Positions 36,446 through 49,791 are shown, counted from the stretch's first letter. The stretch is 64,000 nucleotides of DNA from Hydrolagus affinis (GCA_012026655.1 JAAILG010000203.1:62001-126000), one strand, 5' to 3'. A program made the numbers and translations. Notes: generated by a model not told the origin, from the sequence alone.

Positions 36446-38371
36446 ATGATTATTTTTGTACTTGGGTCAAAAGAGTAATCTGTTTTGTTCATAGGTGTTG
36501 ATATTTTATCAGAAAACAGTGGGAGGAAAGTGTCACAAGAAATTTCCTCGGGCACTGCAAAGAGACGATTACAGAGGGAATTGAAAAAGCTTGTTTCGAA
36601 AATTGAAAGAACAAGTAATTTCCGCGCTTCATCCAAAATCTTGGTTGAGTGCGTGATGGTTAACCTTGCATTTGGAGTTTGTTGCCACCAGCGATAGAGG
36701 CAAAGGCATTGACAGTATTTGGGAGTCTGTTTGACAGGTGTGAGAAGCAATGTGTGGATGTTTGCCGCTGGCACAGTATTTGTATGAATTTTGTTTTGTA
36801 TCAATATGATAAGGTGCATAATATGAGCAACTGTTGAGTGTGTGCTATGAATTACCGAGGTCTGACTCTGGCGCTTGAACCACTTGTTGCGCTGTTCCTG
36901 ACACAGTCCCATGGGTTTTCTCGTCCCAAGGATGTTACAGAGGATGGATAGGGCAGCACTATCCAGGCTACTCATCTCAATAGTACTGTATGATTTTGAA
37001 TAGGAGTGAGAAATGTTTTTCTTCCTAAGGCCTATCAATGTAAGCAGCGTCTCATTGGATCTGTGCTTACTCCAAGTTGATGTGTTTGGTAATGGAATAA
37101 TGGCATCCTTTTGAAACATGCTATCGTGTCATTCTATTGCGTATCAGGAAAATAATTTTAATATTTTATGTCATTGTTGCAGGATAATAATTATAATCCT
37201 TGCATTTGATATAGCACTTTTACAGTAACATCCAATTTCTTTAAATTCTACAATATCTCGACAGCAGATATTTGATTCATAAAGAGAGACAGATATATTC
37301 ATGCCACGGTAGTTTTAACTTTAAACATACAAATCATGTACACTATTTTACAACGCAGATACATTAAGTTGAATTTCCTTCTGGACAGGCTTGTCAAAAT
37401 AAGACCACGAGGAAAGAAATGAAAATTCTGTTGCAGGAAGCTGCTTGTTATTTTAACTTTTCTGATCCATGAGTACCCATGAGTATTTTGTTTTCACCAA
37501 AAAGATCAGCTCTAATTATTTCAGAATTTATGACTCGTTTTTGCAGGCAATAAACAGAATCGGACAGATTCCAGGGGAATAGATTGGAAAAAGTAGGTCG
37601 AATGGAACATTTCGGAAACAAGGATTATTTCAGAGGTAGCTAGGTCATGGAGCAGTCACACATGCTCTTTGAGAAATACGCGAGGGACAGTCAGTAGGCA
37701 GGTATGGGTCAAAGAGTCTAAGAGAACACGAGGATGGGGAGTGACTGAGAACAACTAGTAATTCTATGTGGGTGCAGTGATTTCTGTGATGTTTGTGTTC
37801 ACTGTACGCTGTAGTGGGACCAATATATCCATGTTCTATTGCAGCCTATAGAATACTTACACCCCTGCCTGTCTTTGGTATTTGGGAGCAGATTTGAGCT
37901 TTGTGAATACTCTCATTTGAAAATAAATGTTTCAGTCTTTGCTCCGTGACACAGCAAGTCACAATCACCCAACGCCTATTTCATGTATTCTTTTGCGAAG
38001 GAAGTTGGCATTTGGTATCACAACAAGTTCCTGCCCTGATAGATTAAAAACCAGTGGAATTATTTTGATTCCAACGCTATACATTTTGTTTGTCTTGACG
38101 GGAGAATACAGTATTTCTAGTATACAATTCACTATAGGTTTTCTAAACAATGCAGGATCTTATAACGAGAAAATGTTTTGAATTTCTACGGTTGTTGGAC
38201 CTCCAGGGTTAACTGGATTAACATTGAATTACACGTATCCACTGCAATTGCTCATCCTATTTTAAAAATGATCCTAATCCCCACAGTTTTCTAATCAAAA
38301 CATTGTTCAGTCGTTTTTTGGAACAAGAAAGAACATAAAGAATAAATAAGAGAAATGGCAGGAGAGAAGGT

Positions 38372-38600
38372 AATTGAATCACAGAGTGTTTGCAACACAG
38401 AAGATGATCTTTCAGCCGGTGGCAGGAATGCCAACTCCCCTACTGGAGCTATCTGCTCTAAACTCATTCCTTCGCTCTTTCCCAATACCGGTAATCTTTC
38501 AGATTATTTTCCCTGATATCTATCTGATTCCTTTTTAAACAACTCCATTCAACAGCCATTTGCTAAAAAGCATTCTAAAATTTGTATCTAACAAAAAATT
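38372..38600 (-). mobile_element. Degraded CR1 3' end
   Basis: gaatcacagagtgtttgcaacacagaagatgatctttcagcc...ctctttcccaatacc...tatctatctgattcctttttaaa follows the antisense CR1 3' UTR layout; heavily diverged. Confidence 0.45.
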
Positions 38601-38629
38601 GTACTTGGCAACCTGTTCCAGTTGTTAAT

Positions 38630-38708
38630 TACAACAACAACAATAGCAACAACAACAACTTCAATTTATATAGCGCCCTCCACGGTGGGCGGCGTCTCAG
38701 AGTGCTTC
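38630..38708 (-). mobile_element. Ultra-short L2 3' end (same family as 6621-7272)
   Basis: (caa)n cttcaatttatatagcgccctccacggtgggcggcgtctcagagtgcttc. Confidence 0.88.
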
Positions 38709-38933
38709 GATCCACAATTATCCCGTGGGTAGAGAAATATTTCCTGGTATCTGTCCTGAAATTGCCCTACGTTCCTCTTGTTCTATTGTGAATCTGTTCT
38801 GCTGCACCTTAAACGTTGCCTACATTCAGATACAATTCAATTCAACAAAATGGCTTGGTTTAATAAAATAGAAATTGCATCCCCATAACTAGTTGATAAA
38901 CGAGAAACATTGAGAAATGACTTGGAAATAAGT

Positions 38934-39048
38934 TCACCTACAAAATACCCAATCAATACACTTTACAGCAATTCCTGTGAAGTGTTTTGAGAGGTCCTGC
39001 TGACATGAAGGTGCTATGTGAATGCAAAAATTATGTTATTATTATTAT
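38934..39048 (+). mobile_element. Older SINE 3' tail
   Basis: cactttacagcaattcctgtgaagtgttttgagaggtcctgctgacatgaaggtgctatgtgaatgca...ttattatt. Confidence 0.75.
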
Positions 39049-42000
39049 TTTACCCCACTTAATGTCCTTTTGTACATCCAGAAAATACATATCACTAAAC
39101 AGAGATGACATTTAAAGAGGTGACAATTGCATCCAAAATAACGCAAACCATCTGTTGAATATTTTAACTGCTCTAGTTTAAAACATCCTTATAACTGTCT
39201 TTTCTGTATCTGCTTGCAAACAATGGATTGAGTATCAGTCACTGCAGATCCTATTTCAGTTTCAGGTTTGCTTCAGTTTGTGTGGCTTGGTCAGACCGAA
39301 TCAAAAGTGAATGTTGGATTAAAGAGCTGATTTTCGCTGCAGAGGTGGAAACGTAGCTAAAGTCAAACATTTACCATGGAGTAAGGGAATAGCAATTATA
39401 TTACGGCTTCTCACCTAAACATGACCAGGGACTGATGACACAATGTCCAAACATGACTCACATTCAGTGCCTTGAAAACCTCCAATTCACCCTCGCTGCT
39501 TGACCTAATCCCTCTGCCAAGAAATGATTTCATGATCAATGTTCTCGGCAAACACCAGATAATTTGTAATGTGCAAGAAACTATGTAAGCATTTGTTGAA
39601 TTAAATATCTCAGGAGAAAAGCGACTTGAATGTTATGATTGACTGTATATTGTCGTATAGATACAGCACAGAGAGACTCCCCACTCCAACCCCACCAAAG
39701 AAAAGTGAAGCAAGATCAGCAACCTAACTTTAAGTCAAGCGACATAGTTTTGGTTCCCTTCAAAGCTGTTCAGCAACTTGTACTTAAACTTTTTTAAAAA
39801 AAAACTATCAACAGTCATTACCTACAAGGAGACTTTGAACTCAGGAGAGGCTAAACCCACATTGTTTTCTGATTTCTCTGGGAAATTTCCATAGGTACTG
39901 TCAGAAGTCAAAGTTTGGTCGGACTACATTAAGAATTACAGTTTTCATGTTTCAGCATAAAACATGTACAGATGTTACGCTGTCTCGTACAATCTCAACC
40001 CTCAGGTGAATGATGAATTGTGGCACCTCTAGTCTTGCACTTGTTTGGCTTTGTGTAATTATCTGTAATTACACTTCCTATTTCCAATGTCTGCAAAAAA
40101 TCACATTTCTGTCAATATGAGGCTGTGGACACCCCCCTAAACCCAGTCCCCAACTTTTAAATGATTCCATTTCAAACAGATTAAGCTCACAATTTGCACA
40201 GATTTAGGAACTAGTCTGAAAGAGTTTTGCTTGGATACAAACAAACCACTTCACCTGGAAGCAATCTACTCTAAATTGTCTGCACATTCAATTTAAATAT
40301 CTCAATCAAAATCATTTTATACTTGGCAGATAGAGCCAAGATGAAGTCAAAAATAGAATAAATGTATTTTAATTATTGTATATAAATAAGATTCACCGTG
40401 CATATGTTTGCAATATTAGTAAATATCTTACACAGGTGATCTCTTCAATGACTAATGCAATACATACAAGGTTCAAAAGTCCACCCATTCTTGACCTACA
40501 CAATCATTTCATCTTAAAATGGAACATTTTGCAGAAATGGAGATTTAAAAAAAAAATTCAGCCTCATGGAATTGCAATGTTCCTCTTTGTTGTCAGGAGA
40601 AAAAAAAGCGGGCTACAATACTGTAACCATACAGTGAATTGTGTACAAAGTCATTACAATTTTATCAACATTGTGTAATTATTTTAATCCCAGATCTCAG
40701 GTATATAATCCACCTGAGTCTAGATTTAGGGGTTTGAGGCAGAGAGGAATAGAGTTTGGCCCAGCTGTGACATAAGTGCAGCTCAGTCTCTGGCAGGAAT
40801 ACAGAGGAGAGTGAGCATCTGTGAATAACAGGATTAAATAGCGAATGAATTTCTTTAGGGAAGGCATTCTTCAGCCACACTTACCGTGTGATTCTGTCAT
40901 CTCACTTCATTTCAAACACATATGTCATTTTTGTGTGAATGAAGTGAGGTTATGAAATGGCATTTTAGATGTAATTTTACTCGCTATCCACTGCACACTA
41001 GCATTTTCCCATTTAATTTCACCCAAGGAGAAAGATAGTACCCACGATTATTTGGGCTAAAAGGTCCTAAACATTACGTTCAAATCTGTTCTTTGGAATT
41101 GCCTCTTTTTATGTGTCGTTTCCAAGCAACATGTTCTTTTTATAGCCTTAAAACAATATTGTAATTTGTACATGACCTTTCTAATGGAATACGGTAGTTG
41201 ACTTTCCTATTAGAGGCAATGAAATCAACACATAATAAATGTCCAGCATTACTGCCTAACAAATGCATTAACAGCAGCATGTGTCTCCCTCTGAAAGCCA
41301 TTAGCAGTTGCACATTTCAAATATCAAGGGGCACTTTTCACTCAATGTGTCTGCTACTGTTTCTGTCAGTCAGTCACTTATTGCAGTGACTGGAAGAATA
41401 AGTAATCAGACCGATATACATGTAATTTCGGAGGAGATTTGGGGTTGTGAGATAATCAATTTGGATTTGCTTCATCTTACATTAAGACAATAGAAATACA
41501 ATTCTTACTTAGCGAATTCATCAGGAAGAAACAACCTTCCTCCTCATTTATTTAGGCTGCATTCAAACTAACACAGAGAACTGCATTGGGAACTTTTATT
41601 CAAACAGTCTTCCGATGCTTTTGTTATGTTAGACTTTTGAAACTTTTGGTACGTCGGTTCAATTGCGTAGCATTTGAAACCAAAGTTTAAAGGAGGCAAG
41701 TTCTTTTTTTAAACCAGGATTTATTCGACATGTGATTGTAATTGAGTCACGAAAGAAAATTCGATAAAAGTAAGAAAGAACAACTTCACAAAAATACTGA
41801 ATGGCACAAAGAGGTCATCAGTAAGAAACTCTTCTATTCTAAGACTGACCTGAGTTGAATGTTCTATTTTTGTTTTAGAAAAAAGTCATGAGCTTATACT
41901 GGCCAATGCCCTCTGATTGTTAATTTGGTTGACCCTTATTGCATCAGAGATTTTTCCCTTCTCCAATCAGGTCCTATTGCTGGACTTGCCTGGAGCACAA

Positions 42001-42627
42001 GCTTTCAACACCAAGCTGGCTGCATAACCCTAGGTCAAGACAGGGGATTAGGAATCAGTCTTGGAATTTGGCTCCCCGGACTGAGTTTCCAGAGAAGCTC
42101 CCAGATTAATACAGTTAGTGGTTACTTTTACTCTCTTCCTCCTGGCAGTCTTGATGGCTTTTTAACTCTTTGAGAACTGCAGGGGAATTTCACCACCACT
42201 AGGCTCCACTGCACCCCCCACCACACACACACATATAAAATAATTCCCAATTTCCCAAGAGACATTGTTGTTTTGTGTACTGTACCTGTGTTCTGGCTGG
42301 ATTTGGGGATTGTGCCTTTGCAAGACGTGACATTAGAAAAAAAAAGGAAAATTATTTGGTTTTTTTCTCGCAGGAACCATAGATGTTCTTTTGTTTTCAA
42401 ACAGTTCTTCTAATAAGGCATTGATTTAGATGGCTTGATAATAATAACAGTAGAGTTACTGGTCTCTGAACTCTCAGGGTCACCGTGGGTTTGAATTCTC
42501 AACCTTCTTCAGTGTTTGAAGTCACCAGACTCACTGAATGAGTCAAGTCTTCAACAGGCTGCAAGATGGACTATCTGTGGCTCCAGATCGCTCACTAACC
42601 TTTCCTTCTGAAGTATTAATCTGCTAT

Positions 42628-42924
42628 TAATAATAATAATCCTTGCATTTGATATAGTGTTTTTCACATTTTATCGATGTCTCAAAGCACTTCACAGAAT
42701 ATATTGTAAAGTAAATTGACTATAATTCTGGGTGAAATGCAGCAGCTAATTTTGCACAGCAGTATCCCACAAACAGTACCAATTTTTATTATTGTGTTTT
42801 TTTTTAGACGGATTATTATTAGGCATGTGGATTAAGGAAATTTGCCCAAGGTTTTGCCCTGATCTGTCTGGTTTCGAACACAGGTCTCACCCTTGTAGGG
42901 CGAGTGCTCTTAACCACTAAGCTA
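42628..42924 (-). mobile_element. Near full-length tRNA-derived SINE
   Basis: Reverse-complement copy from taataataatccttgc to taaccactaagcta. Confidence 0.92.
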
Positions 42925-44104
42925 TTATTCCAAGTTTACGAAGCATTTATGTCCCAGAAGTACCCAAATATTTTAAAGTGAGCAATAACTAAACCTAGTA
43001 CTGTACTATAAATAGTTTTTGCTTTTGCTAATGTAATTTGAATGGATGGGCAGCACCCTCTAAAATAACTTTCTTGGAGAGTGGAGTAAATACTGTTTTG
43101 GAAGGGAGAAGGGAAACCTTTCACAACTAGTCCATCAGCCTACATTTCCATACTTCCTGATAAAGAAGTCACACCGATACAGAAAAATTTTGAAGATCCA
43201 TAACACAGTAAAATGCAACTAAAGTAAAACTCGCTTAAGTTTGATCTGTATATAAATCATAATCATAGTCAGGCATCTGCCCAAGCCTCTTTCCAGAGTT
43301 TATACTCTATGTGAGATCGACAATAACTCATAGTTTGGATGTAATATTATTTGCAAGGCCCCAACTGATACAAACTATGTGAGGTTTACTGTATAATATA
43401 CAATCCATGAGAAGTCAGACACATTCTACTCAGAACTCTACCTGGAACCAAATAGGCCATCGGAAGAGGTCATCATCCAACAGGTGTTTGAGTAGATGTT
43501 GTGACTGCTGCAGTGTGACATCTTGTGGATGGGTTTTGCCAGACAGAAATCTTTTATTAAACCCTTTAACATTCGTGCCACCGACAGTGACACAGCCACA
43601 CAGTGACACGCTATGAATGACGTCATTGTGTTCACATCACATTGGGGTTGCCTAACAGTTTCAGCAGTGTATCATGGCCCTTGAAGTAATGAACCTGACC
43701 TGAATGGACTGATTCTTGCAGCACATGTTCAGGAGCAATGTGTAAGCCAGCACTCTCATGTTACTAATATGTGTTCACTTGCACTTTCATCCCTTCGTGG
43801 CCTCAGGGGTGTTATGTGATAAATGATGTGAATCGAAGTGAGTATAACTGATTTAAGATGCGGGGCTGGAGTGATGAAGTGTCGAAACGAGAAAAAAGGG
43901 ATGTTTGCTTTCAAGAATTGTGACGCGACAGATATTCCAATTGTCTTCAGAGGAAATAAATATTGATGTATTCAACTAGCGGAATTACAATTCGGATCAG
44001 TGAGTAGTGTGGTCATCTGTGTATTGTCAATAATTATCAAACACTTGTATCCTTTGAATGTTGCACAGTTGTTGAATTCTGGTAGGAGTTGAGGATTTAA
44101 AATA

Positions 44105-44172
44105 ACAATAATAATATTAATAATCCTTGCATTTGATGATGTGCCTTTCAAGTCAAGAGGACATCTCAAAGT
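44105..44172 (-). mobile_element. SINE/L2-type tail fragment
   Basis: taataatccttgcatttgatgatgtgcctttcaagtcaagaggacatctcaaag. Confidence 0.75.
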
Positions 44173-44209
44173 CACCACCACTTCTGTTGATTCTGAACTG
44201 CCAAGACTT

Positions 44210-44650
44210 TTAACCTTGTCTTGATTTTTCCAACACCCTGTGGTCTGCTCTCTCCAACTCATCCCTACACACGCTGCAGACCAACCAGAACTTTGTAGCT
44301 CATGTCCTCGGCCCAATCAGGCTCCATGAATAGGCTCCCACTTGGCTTCACTGGCTCCCCCACCCCCCCCCCAACCCACCGTCCCTGCAGTGGATCAAAT
44401 TCAAGATCTTCGTCCCCGCTTTCAAATGCTGTCACGGCCTCGTCTTTATGACCTCCTGCAACCTTGCTGCCCTGGCCGGTCAGGGAAAACTGGCCTGCTT
44501 GATGCTCACTCCGCTTCACCTTCAGCCATTTTACCCCTGCTCTCTGGAACTCTCTCACCCAGTGCCCCTCTGTCTTGCGTCCTCCCATAGCCACGTGAAG
44601 CACTTTGAGAAGACTTTCTTTCTAATGTGAATATAAATCGTTGTTGTATT
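44210..44650 (+). mobile_element. Old L2 LINE 3' fragment
   Basis: Degenerate translation LDFSNTLWSALSNSSLHTLQTNQNFVAHVL...LHWLP...QWIKFKIFVPAFKCCHGL; ends gtgaagcactttgag...tataaatcgttgttg. Confidence 0.85.
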
Positions 44651-45157
44651 ACATATCTGAACAGGCAAGTGTAAAGGCACTTCAAACAGTTTTGCTGTGT
44701 TAGGGTATACATTTGCCAACCAGTCTACATCGTGCATTGTGATCTGCCAGTACAAAAAAAAATCAATTTGCATCTAAACTGAACGGATTCCATCAAGAAA
44801 TGAATCACTTGACCTTTGCTCATAGGCCACCATTTTGGAAAAGGTACATAAAGTTTTCAATGTGTCCAGATGTTCAGGCAACTGGAGAAGTAGGCAACAG
44901 GTTACAAGCAAAAAAAAACAAATGCAAAGGGAAAGTTTACCGATGACACAAGAAAAACGCAAGGCACCCAAAAAGCACCACTCAAGGCCTTAGACAAGAA
45001 AACAATTATATTGTTCCATTCACAGAGCGAGGAAGACATTAGACTCTGGAATAATAATACTTCATCTCTGTTGTGGCTCTAAATAAGTATGCTCTTAAAA
45101 CCTTCTATAGTAGGCATGCTGATTCAATTTAGAATGATGTCCACCATTATGATGTCC

Positions 45158-45296
45158 ATAATAATAATCATTCTTACATTTTATGTAATTTTCGCATCAG
45201 AAAGGATGTCTCAAAGCGTTGGGAGTGTTGTCACTGTGTATTTTATTGGCGAGTGTGGCAGCTAATTCTGCGCACAGCAACTTTGCACAAACAGCC
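45158..45296 (-). mobile_element. Old SINE 3' part (Deu-lineage tail)
   Basis: ggatgtctcaaagcg...gtggcagctaattctgcgcacagcaactttgcacaaacagc. Confidence 0.7.
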
Positions 45297-46231
45297 ACAC
45301 AACTGTCATGATGATTTGCTGAGCTTCAAATAAATTTGTTAATTAGCATCTCTCTCTCTCTCTCTGTCTGTCTGTTTGTCTCTGCCTTCTGCAGCAGTCT
45401 CCAAACACATCTGCAGTTCAAGCAACGTAAAAAAACAACACAGTATTCAAAATCTGCCTCTTCCGACTGCACAGATGAGTTTACTAAATGGGGTTCCACC
45501 GAGCTGCCGCATGAGACTGTCAGTAATTTGGGGGGAGAAGGAGAACACATCCTATAAAGGTAGTGCCACATCTGATCAGGTCAATCTATAATCTAGGTCA
45601 ATAATCTTGTCCCCTCAGTTGTTTGAGTGCCCTGCTTGTACTGCTGGCCAGTACAGTACCTTCAGCTAAGTTGTATCCATCATAATTGTAATAATTCCCA
45701 AAGATAAATTTATTTGCTTGCACATGCTGTTTGGGTGTATCTACAATGGCGTAGAGTATCTCTTCTCGTGAAATGAACCGAGGTACAGCAGTGACGCTGG
45801 ACAGCAGGTGGTAAATGGACAGAAGTACTGCCCAATGGAGAAAGAATACATCGCTTGTTAGGGGGTAATTTTGTCACGAGTCGAGCAGTTTATATCAGCA
45901 TGTGTTCAAATTGGCAGAGGCATCGAGCCAACCATACAACTTCAGAGAGATTCTCTTTATATCATTAGCTTAGCAAAAAGCCTCACTTTATCTATTATCT
46001 AATTAACTAATTTATTTCCCCTTGGAAATAAATAATCCAGCTGAACTTCTTTCAGTAAATTCTTCACAGTATGTGCACAGTATCTTTTAGATGTCCTACT
46101 ACTTCACATAATGATGCACGTCAAAGATTCTCCAGAAATAATGTGCAAATAACATTTGTGCGCATTGAATCCTCTTTCTCTAAAGTCTACTGTGTGTTAC
46201 TTCTACAGTTACCCTTTCTGCAAACTGTACT

Positions 46232-46273
46232 CGACGTGAAAGGCACTGTACAAATGTAATTTTGTTGTTGTTG
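46232..46273 (+). mobile_element. Ultra-short L2 3' end
   Basis: cgacgtgaaaggcactgtacaaatgtaattttgttgttgttg. Confidence 0.85.
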
Positions 46274-46954
46274 TGTTTAATACATTAGCCCTGGGCTGCA
46301 AGTCTTCTTCCACAAAGTCAAATATTTTTCATCCTTCAGAGCCAGTACAGTTGTGCTGCAGCAAGTTTTGCAGCAAAGCCAAACATGAGGTAAAATATAA
46401 GTGGAAAGAAATTCCACCTTTATTTAACAATGTTTTAGAGAGTACAAAATTTGCCTAAATTTTTAAATATAGTTGTTTAATTTTTTTTAAATCTCTGAAT
46501 TCAACAATTTACCAAACTCTGCAAGATCTCAATTGTTGTTAATACAGTAAATCTAGACCCAATTCTAGTTTGACTTTGCAGTAATACTATATGAAAGACC
46601 CAAACTTAGGCCAAACTAAAACTGGGGTAAAATTAATAAGCAAATGAAGAAATTGCTTATTAAACTTTTAAGTCAATTATTCAAGACCAACTTCTTTAAG
46701 TTTCTAATGCTGGAAAGGATTTGTGTTCATTGGAGAGCAGAGTTAGCGAGCAGCGCTACAGATCCTTTAAAATATGCGAGTTCACATATGGAGTGCAGCT
46801 TTCTCAAGTATGTAACATAAGCATTTTACTTGAATCCCTAATTCTAGCATTTGGTGGAAGACATCATGAAAAAAAATCTATTCTCAAATGGTATATGACA
46901 AAGAATGCTAATGCTGGTAAGAATACACTATTGGAATGAAATTCCTTTTCACCC

Positions 46955-47115
46955 ATCAATGAATGAATCAATGAATGAATCAATCAATGAATCAATCAAT
47001 GAATCAATCGATGAATCAATCGATGAATCAATCGATGAATCAATCGATGAATCAATCGATGAATCAATCGATGAATCAATCGATGAATCAATCAAGCAAG
47101 CAAGCAAGCAAGCAA
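46955..47115. repeat. 12-bp minisatellite followed by (AAGC)n
   Basis: (atcaatgaatga)2 (atcaatcaatga)2 (atcaatcgatga)7, then atcaatc and (aagc)5. Confidence 0.97.
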
Positions 47116-48207
47116 TTAATCAATGTTTAGTTCTGGATGGATAAAATGGAGCCAAACAGACCATTTTGCTCAAACTAGATTACATTATTGACTCCAGGAA
47201 CCAATCTAAAAATTGCCAAACTGTTAAAATATTGTCACCAAAGCCAAGTTCTTGTTCACTTCAACATGTTTCAAAAGGCCATGCTGCTCTCCTGAATACC
47301 GTTCTCTCGTTCCTTGCAAATGATAACAGCAACGAAAGGAGCTTCTGACTGTTACACTCAAACAACAATAGCAGACTTGTGTCTAGTCACAGCAGTAAAT
47401 TGGGACAAGTGTACCATAAAACTAATTCTCCAGAGGAAAACACTAAATGTGATTGACTCCAAAGTGGCTCCGTACTTAATTTTGGAGTCAGAGTTGAGAC
47501 TTCCGTGGCTCCAACCACCATTCTGCCTACCACAGACTGGTGGATGGTCCTATTTTTTTTATGTGTAATCACACAAGTCTTTAAAATTGATTTGACAGAA
47601 CATCCTCTCACATAAATAGTGCTCTGTCAAGAATGGTTTGTCTGTGACAAATGCAATACTGTATTTCAACTGAGTGCTAAAACCATCAAATTTAAATGTT
47701 TATGAGCCTATGTTGTACTCTTTGATCTTTATCCTCTAACTTAAAGGGCAGAGTTCTGTGGCACTGATACTATTTTATGCATAGATGCATTCAGTGCTAT
47801 TTTTCAATTATAGAACATACTTAAAGGTACTTTGCAGCAATCAATGATTACATAAAATATAGTCATTCATTTTCCTTTGAAATATTGATGTACGTATTCT
47901 GATTTCATTGATGTGCACCTGAGCAAACGAATCCATTCTGACTTGCGCAAAGCAATTTGAGAGAAAAAGATAGATGTAATCAGTTTACTAAGGATATATT
48001 GAGGGGACCTTACTGGGAATCATATGAAAGAAATTATTCTTGGATGTAATAGAGAATTGCATCCTGACTTAATCAGTTGAGCCTCTGTAAAAGGGGAAAC
48101 TGATAATAGGTCAAATCCTCTTGGAAATGTAAGTTGGTGGAGGATGATGTGGTTAAGGAGGACCAAACAATAAGCGATCACAATACAGGTGACCAAATGG
48201 AATTACT

Positions 48208-48400
48208 GAACATAGAATTGCTTAGAAGTTACCAAATGGAACTCAACTATATTTATACGGCACATGAGCATCCATCCCTCCCTTTCCCATAGCCCTCTAT
48301 TCTCTTCTCCCTCATATATGCGTTGAGCTACCTCTTCAAAACCTGGATACTTTCTGTTTCAAATGCAGCTTCCAACAACGAGCTCCTCATTCTCACTTCA
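48208..48400 (-). mobile_element. Degraded CR1 3' end
   Basis: aacatagaattgcttagaag...tttcccatagccctctattctcttctccctcatatatgc...cctcttcaaa...cattctcac, the antisense CR1 terminus pattern. Confidence 0.55.
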
Positions 48401-49523
48401 CAGTTTGGTTTGCATTTGAGGGAGCAACGAAACACCTGATGAGGAGTTATACTGAGAATGAGATCATGATTGTGGGAAACATAAAACAAATGATGAAGTT
48501 TCTTTTTGATCACTATATTTGTAGCAAAACATTTTGTGTGTTTCATTTGCAACTTGTCTGGATGGAGTGTCAACCCCTAGCATATGAGCTCAACTCTTGG
48601 TGCAGGGCTTTGAACCAGCAATCCATTCAATTTGCAGTGATAACGCTACACTCTCACCAATTGGGCCAAATTGACATCTGTAACAAAATAGGACCAAGTA
48701 AAGATTTGATCATGTTAGGATTGCCCATATTTAAATTGGGAGTAAAGTCATAGGAACCAATATCCAAAGGGTGTTAATGTTTCTTCTATCATGTTGCTTG
48801 ACATTGTTGTGTGTATTTGGGGAGTGAACTTTAATGCAATGGAAGTACTGGAGCCTAATAAGTCATGCATTTTAGTATGAAAACTCTCTGCCTAATGTGT
48901 TGGAATGTAACGATTTATAGAGAAAAGTAAAACAAAGAGGACATTTTACCCTATACAGTATTGAATTAATCACAGTTTTATTTTTTTATTGAATTTAAGC
49001 TGTATTTATACTTGTTTTTCTAGAATTCCTTGCTTTTAGGACTTCCTTCAAAAAAGCGCTTGTGTTTGAAACACTAACTCTTTGATGGTTATTTGCCTTG
49101 AGCTGAAATAATCTGCCCCCTTCACCTCCAGCAGCATGACATGGCCTTAGGGCAAGTTTTCAGTTTGACAAAAGGCCTGCAAACAGAGGAATCACTAATC
49201 ACGCTGTAATTCCCAGATGGAATTTCTGGCAATGAGCTCACTTCAGCACCAATATCAATCCATTAATGGGGACATTGTTCACAACACAATTGGTTTTTTT
49301 CACAAGACGCACATCATAGATTTCTACAGATCTGGCACTGTCACAGTCAATATTTTCTGAAAGCGAAAACGTTATTCTCGGAGAAATTAATTCACATCAA
49401 AATCTCAGCTAGACTTGTCAGTCAACTGGTGATTTAAAAAAAAGACACTGATTGCCAATACAATGGCATCATTTTCTAGGTGGCTTTCTTTTTCTGCATG
49501 TTGGGAACAGAAAGGCAACTGAT

Positions 49524-49791
49524 AATAATTGTTTGCGTTTGATGCAGCATTTTATCACATTATAACGTCCCAAAACGTTTTCGGTAAAAGTGTAGTGAAT
49601 ATGTATTGTGGGCAAACACAGCAGCCAACGTGCACACAGCAACATCCCACAAACAATCAATTGACGTAAGACTAGCTTAATTGGAAAATTGTTGGCCAGG
49701 AGATGGGGTGAAATTTACCTGTCTTTTTGAGTGGTTCAATGGGATCATTAAGGTCCATCTGAACAGGCCACCGATTTGCATTTATCCGAAG
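49524..49791 (-). mobile_element. Old Deu-domain SINE
   Basis: Tail aacgtcccaaaacg, body cagcagccaacgtgcacacagcaacatcccacaaaca, then ttggccagga...atgggatcattaaggtccatctgaacagg (Deu core). Confidence 0.7.

Noticed and set aside
39749-39768. tttggttcccttcaaagctg resembling miR-133
   Set aside because: It has a seed-region mismatch and a deletion, and there is no complementary 5' arm upstream.
46905-47144. ORF with (IDES)n repeats, or a CRISPR-like array
   Set aside because: It is the translation of a 12-bp tandem repeat; there are no unique spacers or cas genes.
48429-48443. cgaaac...ctgatgag hammerhead-like motifs
   Set aside because: The two motifs are only 2 nt apart in this order, leaving no room for stems I and III or a cleavage site.
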